This document shows, piece after piece, positions 8,723 to 16,294 of a stretch of DNA of 64,000 nt. The stretch comes from Candidatus Latescibacterota bacterium (GTDB taxonomy: Bacteria; Latescibacterota; UBA2968). Each line of letters begins with the position of its first letter. The stretch's first letter is position 1. The notes below the pieces were generated by a model. It made no database searches and had not been told where the DNA came from. It worked only from the letters and a program-made list of their open reading frames with translations. A program made the position numbers and the translations under genes. The DNA is taken from positions 5,344,001-5,408,000 of the forward strand of contig OZ220741.1 in assembly GCA_965116885.1 (NCBI GenBank), given 5' to 3'.

Positions 8723-9751
8723 ATGCCACAAATCAAAATAGGCAAAGGTATTGGCGATATCTCAGAGCAGACATTGCGCTTTTATCGGCAAATTGGGGTC
8801 GATGCGGTATCGATACCAACGCGATGGCGCACAGAACCGGGAACGGGTGAACGCAAACTGGTCCCGCCGACACAGACGGGACCAAAAGGCGCGCAGGGAG
8901 GGATATGGGACGAGCGAGAATTGCAACGCATCAAAGCGAGGATCGAATCGTATGACCTCATACCTCTAATCACAGGACTGGGTATTTCAGGGCGCGTATT
9001 AATGGGCCAACCGGGCAGAGCGGACGATCTGAAAATTATCAAAGCCAATATCGAAATCGCAGGGCGGCTGGGACTTCGGGCATTAAACTACAGTTTCACA
9101 GCCCTCAGAGCCTCAGAAGGATATGCGGCGCAACGAGGTGTGGGACGCGGCGGCGCAGATCTGCGGGATTTTGACAACGAGCGGATAGCCAATCTCCCCC
9201 CCCTCAATTCAATCGGGCGAATTGGGATGGATGAAATGTGGGATAATCTGACCTATTTTTTGGAAAACGCGGTCCCAACAGCAGAAAAAGCGGGTGTACA
9301 ATTGGCCGCGCATCCCAATGATCCACCGATTCCAGAATATCGCGGCGTTGCCCAACCCCTGGGCGATATCGAGGGCATGCAACGGTTGATCGAAGTGATA
9401 GACAGCCCATCAAATTGCATTTTTTACGACACCGGCGTAATGACGGAAAAAGGCGCAGACGCCGTCGAAATGATTCGCTATTTTGGATCGCGGAATCGCA
9501 TTGGAACCGTACATTTCCGAAACGTGAAAGTGGAAATACCCCGTTTTAAGTATATCGAGACCTTTCACGATGACGGCGAATGCGATATGTTTGCCTGCGT
9601 ACAGGCATTTCAAGAGGTGGGTTACAACGGCATGATCGACCCCGACCACACGCCGGGCATCCTGGGCGATACACCAGATACGCGCATAGGCTGGGCGTAT
9701 GCCATCGGTCAAATGGTGGCGATGCGAAATGCCGTAGAAAAAAACAAATAA
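8723..9751 (+). CDS. mannonate dehydratase (UxuA)-family protein
   Basis: MWDNLTYFLE..VP.AEKAGV.LAAHPNDPP, VHFRNV, ETFHDDG and DPDHTP motifs. Confidence 0.8.
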   Translation: MPQIKIGKGIGDISEQTLRFYRQIGVDAVSIPTRWRTEPGTGERKLVPPTQTGPKGAQGGIWDERELQRIKARIESYDLIPLITGLGISGRVLMGQPGRADDLKIIKANIEIAGRLGLRALNYSFTALRASEGYAAQRGVGRGGADLRDFDNERIANLPPLNSIGRIGMDEMWDNLTYFLENAVPTAEKAGVQLAAHPNDPPIPEYRGVAQPLGDIEGMQRLIEVIDSPSNCIFYDTGVMTEKGADAVEMIRYFGSRNRIGTVHFRNVKVEIPRFKYIETFHDDGECDMFACVQAFQEVGYNGMIDPDHTPGILGDTPDTRIGWAYAIGQMVAMRNAVEKNK

Positions 9752-9782
9752 AAAAGCCCCAACGCGAAAAAGCGTTGGGGCT
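9751..9782. terminator. hairpin terminator between convergent genes
   Basis: AAAAAGCCCCAACGC-GAAAAA-GCGTTGGGGCT; U-tract on the minus strand. Confidence 0.75.
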
Positions 9783-9799
9783 GCATGTGATATTGCGTG

Positions 9800-9925
9800 T
9801 CAAAAACTGAGAACACTATAAACCAGAGTAATCGCAAAAATTACGCCTATAATGCCCATGGCGACTTTGAATTGTAAGCTGATTCTATCCTCTTCCCGGT
9901 CGCGCAATTCGTTGAAAGTCTGCAT
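9800..9925 (-). CDS. 41-aa single-TM microprotein
   Basis: MQTFNELRDREEDRISLQFKVAMGIIGVIFAITLVYSVLSF. Preceded by GGGGGAGAG RBS and followed by a terminator. Confidence 0.65.
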   Translation of the reverse strand: MQTFNELRDREEDRISLQFKVAMGIIGVIFAITLVYSVLSF

Positions 9926-10082
9926 AGCTCTCCCCCTTTGAGTAGTGCGGACGGATATGTTCTATATAAATAATACTAATTTCTCATATTAAGTCAATAG
10001 ACAAAATACGACTCTTGACATTTTATACAGATAAATCTATCGTTTGCAGTAGCTTTTGTATGAATGTTATACTCGGAGAAAT

Positions 10083-11057
10083 ATGCAAATGAAGTGGGTG
10101 GTCGTAATTGTAACAGTTATAGTTGTAGGTGCGCTGGGCGTTGCCTACCATCTGAATACCAATTTTCCCAAAGCTGATCCGCCTTATAATATTCGCGTAT
10201 CGGGAACACCCGAACAGATCGAGCGAGGACGTTATTTAGCCAATCACGTCACGGTATGTCTCGAATGCCATTCAACACGGGATTGGGCGCATTATTCTGC
10301 GCCACCGCTGCCGGGCACCGAGGGTAAAGGCGGCGAGGTATTTCCCGAAACAGCGGGATTTCCAGGCACCTTGATCGCGCCCAATATCACGCCAGCAGCT
10401 TTGGGAGATTGGACAGATGGCGAAATCATTAGGGCTTTTACCAGCGGCGTAAACAAAAACGGCGATCCGCTTTTCCCACTGATGCCCTATCGCGCATATC
10501 GAAATCTCATGCCAGCAGATATTGACGCCATTGTCGCTTATGTGCGTACCCTATCTCCCATTGACCATATCCCGCCGCGATCCAAATTGAATTTTCCCAT
10601 GAACCTGATAGTACGCACAATGCCAGAACCCTATAAACTCCCCAAACCGGTTGATCGTTCAGACCCCGTTGCTTATGGCAAGTATTTGGCGACCATTGCC
10701 GGATGTGCCACTTGCCATACGCCTCATGATCAAAAACAGAGGGAGCCAGTTGAAGACATGGAATTCGCCGGAGGATTTCAATTCCGATTGCCCAGTGGCA
10801 AAACCGTGCAATCGGCCAATATTACACCCGACGTAGAAACGGGAATTGGGCATTGGAAAAAAGAGTACTTCATCGGGCGTTTCAGGCAATTTGCCGGAGA
10901 AAACGCAAAACATATCCTATTGCAAGACGGCATGAACAGCGTGATGCCCTGGACGATGTACGCGGGCATGACAGACGAAGACCTCAGCGCCATCTACGAC
11001 TATCTGCAAACCGTCGCGCCAATCCGAAATGCCGTCGAACGATTTGTGGAAGAATAA
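10083..11057 (+). CDS. membrane-anchored diheme cytochrome c
   Basis: N-terminal TM helix; CLECH and CATCH heme motifs; RGRYLA/YGKYLA, PNITP and MPY/MPW motifs. Confidence 0.88.
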   Translation: MQMKWVVVIVTVIVVGALGVAYHLNTNFPKADPPYNIRVSGTPEQIERGRYLANHVTVCLECHSTRDWAHYSAPPLPGTEGKGGEVFPETAGFPGTLIAPNITPAALGDWTDGEIIRAFTSGVNKNGDPLFPLMPYRAYRNLMPADIDAIVAYVRTLSPIDHIPPRSKLNFPMNLIVRTMPEPYKLPKPVDRSDPVAYGKYLATIAGCATCHTPHDQKQREPVEDMEFAGGFQFRLPSGKTVQSANITPDVETGIGHWKKEYFIGRFRQFAGENAKHILLQDGMNSVMPWTMYAGMTDEDLSAIYDYLQTVAPIRNAVERFVEE

Positions 11058-11067
11058 AGAGGAAAAT

Positions 11068-11844
11068 ATGGAATCGGGTTCCGGAGCATTTAATTTTAAT
11101 CGCGTCAAAGTATGGTATCATTGCCCGCAAGACCGTCTTACCGACCTGCCAGTGGTATTTGTCCTGCACGGAGCCTCGCGCAATGCCAGCACCTATCGCG
11201 ACACCTGGGCCAGCCATGCCGATACGCACGGATTTTTGTTATTGTCTCCAGAATTTTCACAGGAGAATTATCCAGATGAAACAACGTTTAACCTCGGCAA
11301 TGTATTTGCCGAAGATGGCACGCGAAATGCCATGGCCGATTGGTCCTTTCAAATAATTGAAGGCATTTTTCACCACGTCAAAAAACAAGTGGGACTCCGG
11401 GCATCGTCCTATGGATTTTATGGACATTCGGCGGGCAGCCAGTTTGTACACCGATTTTTGTACTTCATGCCTCAGTCACATGCACACATCTTTGTAGCGG
11501 CCAACGCCGGATGGTACACCATGCCCACATTCAAACAGACCTATCCCTATGGACTGGCCGAATCGGGTCTGACGGCCACGGATTTGAAACGATCTCTGAA
11601 CCAGCGGGTTGTGGTACTCCTGGGCACTGATGATGTGGATGTAAACCACCCCAAATTGAGGCGCACACCACAGGCAATGATGCAGGGCGCACACCGCTTT
11701 GAACGCGGCCACACATTTTTTGAAACGGCAAAACGAGAAGCCGAAGCACTAAACGTGTCATTTAACTGGCAGTTGGACACAGTACCCAACGTGGGACACA
11801 ACAATGCGGGAATGGCAAAAGTAGGCGTTGAATATTTGGTGTGA
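11068..11844 (+). CDS. alpha/beta hydrolase (esterase/depolymerase-like)
   Basis: VLHGASRNA, GHSAG, ANAGWYT and VGH motifs. Confidence 0.78.
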   Translation: MESGSGAFNFNRVKVWYHCPQDRLTDLPVVFVLHGASRNASTYRDTWASHADTHGFLLLSPEFSQENYPDETTFNLGNVFAEDGTRNAMADWSFQIIEGIFHHVKKQVGLRASSYGFYGHSAGSQFVHRFLYFMPQSHAHIFVAANAGWYTMPTFKQTYPYGLAESGLTATDLKRSLNQRVVVLLGTDDVDVNHPKLRRTPQAMMQGAHRFERGHTFFETAKREAEALNVSFNWQLDTVPNVGHNNAGMAKVGVEYLV

Positions 11845-11846
11845 TC

Positions 11847-11909
11847 GTAGGGACAACCCCCTGTGGTTGTCCTTGTCCTAACGGGCGGGCACAGGGGCGC
11901 CGCCCCTAC
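11847..11909. repeat. REP-like GTAG-type inverted doublet
   Basis: GTAGGGACAACCCCCTGTGGTTGTCC...GGGCGGGCACAGGGGCGCCGCCCCTAC. The right half, reverse-complemented, matches 63709-63737. Confidence 0.75.
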
Positions 11910-11944
11910 CTTCTTACGTCTCACCTCTTACTGCTTGTTTTGCT

Positions 11945-11988
11945 AAACAAAAAAAGAATGGCCGCGATCCCTGTTATCGCGGCCATTT
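11945..11988 (-). terminator. intrinsic terminator
   Basis: AATGGCCGCGAT-loop-ATCGCGGCCATT followed by CTTTTTTT on the minus strand. Confidence 0.85.
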
Positions 11989-12292
11989 ATGTACTACAAG
12001 TCATGGAACCTCTTATGTCAGCCGATCGGGTGAGAGGCCCTAACACCCGACCGCTGGATACAGATTGGTGGCATAGTAACCTCCTCTTGTGCGTATTGCG
12101 GCCCGTCACGCCCACTCGCGGTCCGATGAACTCTCTATGCCCTGTATGTTTGCGCGAAGGTCTAAAGAACGGTATCCAAGTCGGGTTACCGAATGGCGGT
12201 AACGAGTCCGACGGAAAAAAAGACCAGATGTAAAAACACACGGGCGAGAACCTTTTCGAGCGGAATGCCGCCTGACGATTCATATCGCCTGT
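11945..12292 (-). ncRNA. candidate structured RNA (unknown family) containing an 18-codon mini-ORF
   Basis: Own promoter and terminator, several long helices and a predicted pseudoknot, no credible long ORF. Confidence 0.5.
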
Positions 12293-12299
12293 TATTTGA

Positions 12300-12329
12300 A
12301 ATATAACCCGATAAATTGTAGGATGTCAA
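12300..12329 (-). promoter_or_regulatory. sigma70-type promoter of the candidate RNA
   Basis: TTGACA-N18-TATATT. Confidence 0.6.
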
Positions 12330-12436
12330 GAGCCAATTTGAACTTTTTTATAAGTATCTTTAGACAAAATTATGTACTATATATCAATGCCCAATCCGCG
12401 CTAATCATTTTAGCCATAGAACAGGAGAACACAGAT

Positions 12437-14032
12437 ATGGGATATGGCAAACGAGAAGACCCGAAACTGTTTAACGACGAGCAAATGCGTCAATATATCG
12501 CAGACGGATACGTGGTTTTTAAACCAGATGTGCCCGATGACCTGCACGAGACAATTCGCCGAAAACTGCAATTTATGGTCGATGAAGAATTCAATTACGG
12601 CAACAACGTGCTGCCCCGCGTCCCCGAGATGGATCGTATCTTAAACAGCCCAGAAGTGCGGGGCGCGCTCATCAGCGTACTCGGCCCGGGATATATCGAA
12701 CACCCGCATCGGTTTTGTCACTACATCGCGCCCGACGCAACACACAGAACACTCGCCCAAAATTGTCATCAAGATTCTTACACCCCCCTGGGACGCCCGC
12801 GCCAACACTACCCGCGCTTTGCGCGCATCATGTACTATCCTCAGGACTCACCCGTTGAAATCGGTCCCACACACGCGATTCCCGGCACACAGTATCACAG
12901 GCGATTGACAGATGAAGACCGCCAGAACGCCATACCAATAGCCGGCAAAGCCGGCACAGTATCAATCACACACTTTGATGTGGGACACGCCGCAGGCATC
13001 AACGCACGTCGCCAACCCCGGCATATGATCAAATTCATTTACGTGCGCGCAGAAGAACCGACCGCCCCCTCGTGGGATTGCCGGGATCACATCTGGCGAA
13101 ACCCCGAAACATACAAAACACCGCATGATCTGCACCTGATCTGGTCGCATATATGGGATTGGCTCTGTGGCAAAAAGGACCGATACGAAAGTTTTCGCGC
13201 ATCAGACCCCGCAACTTGTGGATTGGAAGACCTGCATCACGACAACTTGGACAAACAACTCGCATCCATGCACTCGATAGCCGCGACAAAAAACACCGAT
13301 GCAATTCCAGCATTGATTCACAAGCTCAATACCGACGATCAGTGGACGCGCCTCGCAGCTATATATACCCTGGGCGCAATAGGTCAACCCGCAGTACAGC
13401 CTCTAATGGAAGCACTCTTAGACGCCGCTATGCATCAAGACGAGGACCCCGTACCCGCATCGTGGAACGAAGGCGCCATCTCGATGGAAGATGCCGCCCA
13501 TGCACTTGTCGCCATAGGCACACCTTCACTGGATCCTCTAATTGGACTACTGGACAACCCGAGCGAATGGACACGCATCAACGCGGCCTTCGCGCTCGGT
13601 GAAATGGATTCTCTGGCGACACAAGCCGTCCCTGCACTCACGCGCTGTCTGGACGATGCATCTCACTGCGTCGTGCGAACAGCTACAGATGCACTGGGCA
13701 GCATTCGGCAAAACAGCAAAGAATATATACCCGTACTCGAGCGGCTGCTCAAAGTGGGACGCCCCGAATGGCAAATGCCCGACCGACGCGACTGGACGCC
13801 CTATGACCAGGTCCGCGTCAACGCCGCAATGGCATTTACGCGCCTGGGCAAAGACGCCACATCTGCCGAAGCTCTCCTGCTCGACACATTATCCGATCCC
13901 AACGGTCACGTCGCTGCATTTGCCCTGGAAGCATTGCGGCGGATAGGCACGCCCTCGGCAATGGATGGCGTCATGGAATATCTGATGACGCGGCGGTGGG
14001 ATGAAAGCATTGAGAAAGGAAGACTATTTTGA
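12437..14032 (+). CDS. phytanoyl-CoA dioxygenase (PhyH) domain fused to HEAT repeats
   Basis: YIADGYVVF, CHQDS (HxD), YYPQD.P...GPT.AIPG, then HEAT repeats (R.NAAFALG, VVRTATDALG). AGGAG RBS. Confidence 0.8.
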   Translation: MGYGKREDPKLFNDEQMRQYIADGYVVFKPDVPDDLHETIRRKLQFMVDEEFNYGNNVLPRVPEMDRILNSPEVRGALISVLGPGYIEHPHRFCHYIAPDATHRTLAQNCHQDSYTPLGRPRQHYPRFARIMYYPQDSPVEIGPTHAIPGTQYHRRLTDEDRQNAIPIAGKAGTVSITHFDVGHAAGINARRQPRHMIKFIYVRAEEPTAPSWDCRDHIWRNPETYKTPHDLHLIWSHIWDWLCGKKDRYESFRASDPATCGLEDLHHDNLDKQLASMHSIAATKNTDAIPALIHKLNTDDQWTRLAAIYTLGAIGQPAVQPLMEALLDAAMHQDEDPVPASWNEGAISMEDAAHALVAIGTPSLDPLIGLLDNPSEWTRINAAFALGEMDSLATQAVPALTRCLDDASHCVVRTATDALGSIRQNSKEYIPVLERLLKVGRPEWQMPDRRDWTPYDQVRVNAAMAFTRLGKDATSAEALLLDTLSDPNGHVAAFALEALRRIGTPSAMDGVMEYLMTRRWDESIEKGRLF

Positions 14033-15279
14033 ACACACGACACTTGATTTCAACGCAGGGATCGGACCGCGGAACGGGATATAACATGAGCGGGAAACTG
14101 ATTCGGCGCGATGGCAAACTATTTATCGGATGGTTGGATGCCCCATCAGAAAAGGGCACACAGGCGAGAATCATGATAGGCGTTTGTGACGAAGTATCTG
14201 GCGAGATGCACCGGGCATTTCAAATTGGCGAAGGCATTGACAATCACTGTGGCCCCGCCCTGATACTGGACAGCAACGGACGATTGCACGCCCTCGTCGG
14301 AGCGCATCACGGCCCATTTTTTTATCGATGGTCGGACAACCCGGAAGCCCCGAATACCTGGAGTGAGCCAGAGGCATTGGGCACATTGGGCACATATCCC
14401 AGCCTGACATTAGATCAGCACGGAACACTTCACCTATCGCATCGCGAGAGCGGGGACAGATGGGCTATGTGGTACCGGCGAAAAAAAGCAAACCAGAGTT
14501 GGGAACCACCGCGTTCAATTGCAGTAAGCCCGGTCGCGGGATACAATCATTTCATGCAATCTCTGACCACGGGACCAGACGGAACTCTGCATCTAATATT
14601 TCAATTTCACTTTGCGGAATCTGGACATGCAGCAGATTGCCGGGGACGCGCAGCGGTACATGTATATTCAGAAGACGGCGGCGATACGTGGTTTAACGAA
14701 GGTGCGGGCTTTGACGACCCATTGACAATGGAAACCATGCGAGCCATTTGTCACGACCCGCATGGCGGAGATGGTCAGCACAGCGTGCGCGTGGGCAATC
14801 ACGTCGTAGATGCAAACAATCAACCGTGGTTCTTCTGTTCATATCCCGGGTATCAAAGCGGCGTATTGTGGCATCGCAGCGACGCGGGATGGGAGCCTGT
14901 GGATCTATCCCCGGTCCTCAATGGCTTAAACATGGAAGGCGGACGCGCGACATCGCTATCCCGAGATCACAAAGGCAGATTGCACTTTGCATTTGCAACA
15001 CATCCGCACAAAAAGCGGTGTGAATGGTTCAGCCCCGAACTGGAATTATTTTACGCAATACTCGACGAAAAGGGCGGATTGGTTTCCTTAGACCAACTCA
15101 CGGCAACCGACAACGCGGCAGCGAACTGGCTACCCGCACTGGAGCAATGGGACTGGACGCGCCCCCATCAAAAGTTCAATAATGGTCACTGGATGATGTA
15201 CACACGCGGCTTAAATGCCGGTGGCATTGGCGGCGACAACAAAAGCGCATTGAAGACAGAAATTTATTTAACCCGATAA
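14029..15279 (+). CDS. BNR-repeat beta-propeller protein (sialidase-like fold)
   Basis: DNHCGPAL..D..GRLH, GTYPSL and YSEDGGDTW Asp-box. Confidence 0.7.
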   Translation: MNTRHLISTQGSDRGTGYNMSGKLIRRDGKLFIGWLDAPSEKGTQARIMIGVCDEVSGEMHRAFQIGEGIDNHCGPALILDSNGRLHALVGAHHGPFFYRWSDNPEAPNTWSEPEALGTLGTYPSLTLDQHGTLHLSHRESGDRWAMWYRRKKANQSWEPPRSIAVSPVAGYNHFMQSLTTGPDGTLHLIFQFHFAESGHAADCRGRAAVHVYSEDGGDTWFNEGAGFDDPLTMETMRAICHDPHGGDGQHSVRVGNHVVDANNQPWFFCSYPGYQSGVLWHRSDAGWEPVDLSPVLNGLNMEGGRATSLSRDHKGRLHFAFATHPHKKRCEWFSPELELFYAILDEKGGLVSLDQLTATDNAAANWLPALEQWDWTRPHQKFNNGHWMMYTRGLNAGGIGGDNKSALKTEIYLTR

Positions 15280-15318
15280 ATTTATTGAATCCTTCCTGCT
15301 GAACCTCCAAAAAAAAAG

Positions 15319-15389
15319 TTGACATCTGAGATCATTTACTCTATTTTCTTAAGTAACTCTAAAAAATAGAGAACTCTAAAACCTGTTAA
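15319..15389 (+). promoter_or_regulatory. promoter with tandem ACTCTA operator-like sites
   Basis: TTGACA-N17-TATTTT. ACTCTA at 15338, 15356 and 15373; CTCTA-N5-TAGAG palindrome. Confidence 0.55.
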
Positions 15390-15401
15390 AGGAGGAATCA
15401 A

Positions 15402-15971
15402 ATGCAACCCACCCAAAAATTTGAGGAGGACGTGGCCTTCGTCCGCGAGGCCGTTGAAAAGCGCGATCGAATGCAATACAAATCCATTGCCATAGCCGTG
15501 CTCTGGGCCATCATCTTTGTCGCCGGTTCTGTGCTCAACGATTTTCGTCCCAAAGTGAGCCACCTCTATTGGCCCATCGCAACCTTCACCGGATTCCTGA
15601 TCAGCATCTGGATCGGCGTGCGGGCGAAGTGGGCGGAGGGCATCGCAAAACGCAGCGATAGGACTAAGCACGTCCTGCACTGGGGCAGTTTGTTTTTTAC
15701 GACTTACGCTGTTGCATTCATTGCCTTGCGACACGGCCTGGATGGCTGGGTGATGGGCCAGTTCATGACTCTAATCGTTGGTGTCACCTGGTACCTGGGC
15801 GGTCTGTATCTGGACCGTCGCTTTCTTCTGCCCGGCGTCGTATCTATCGTAAGTGCCCCTGCTGTTGACTATCTCGCGCCTTACCCCTGGACCATGACCG
15901 GTCTGGCCATCGCCGCCAGCATAATCATCAGTGCCTTATGGATGAAACCTCATGACAAAAGCATTGTCTGA
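15402..15971 (+). CDS. integral membrane protein (~6 TM)
   Basis: Hydrophobic helices; strong GGAGG RBS; overlaps the wHTH gene. Confidence 0.75.
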   Translation: MQPTQKFEEDVAFVREAVEKRDRMQYKSIAIAVLWAIIFVAGSVLNDFRPKVSHLYWPIATFTGFLISIWIGVRAKWAEGIAKRSDRTKHVLHWGSLFFTTYAVAFIALRHGLDGWVMGQFMTLIVGVTWYLGGLYLDRRFLLPGVVSIVSAPAVDYLAPYPWTMTGLAIAASIIISALWMKPHDKSIV

Positions 15972-16281
15972 AAACACCTCCGATAGTCTTGCCCAACTGG
16001 ACAAACTGCTGGAACACCGGTCTCGGCTCGGCGCCTGTGTACTCCTCGCCGACACCGATGCCATGACCTTTACCAGTTTGAAACAACTGCTAAAAGAAAC
16101 CGACGGCAACATGGGCGCGCACCTGCGAAAACTGGAAGACATGGGCTATGTCGATATTGACAAGCGATTCGAAAACCGAAAACCCGTCACCTGGTACAGC
16201 CTCACGGAAAAAGGCCGCAGGTCTTTAACCACACACTTAAAAGCCCTGCAAACCGTAATCCAAAGTGCTGGTATCGACTGA
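15952..16281 (+). CDS. winged-helix transcriptional regulator (HTH_34/MarR-ArsR-like)
   Basis: LDKLLEHRSRL...FTSLK..L.ETDGN.GAHLRKLEDMGYV...KPVTWYSLTEKGR. Confidence 0.88.
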   Translation: MTKALSENTSDSLAQLDKLLEHRSRLGACVLLADTDAMTFTSLKQLLKETDGNMGAHLRKLEDMGYVDIDKRFENRKPVTWYSLTEKGRRSLTTHLKALQTVIQSAGID

Positions 16282-16294
16282 CAGGCGTAAAAAC

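Noticed and set aside
11841..12283. ORFs 11841-12233 (+) and 11987-12283 (-)
   Set aside because: The plus ORF runs through a REP and a terminator; neither has a clear RBS or protein-like composition.
11945..12292. tmRNA, RNase P or SRP identity for the structured RNA
   Set aside because: Contains CCACCA but no T-arm (GTTCRA) or GGGG 5' end; no GAGGAAAGTCC or SRP GGAAGGAAGCAG motif.
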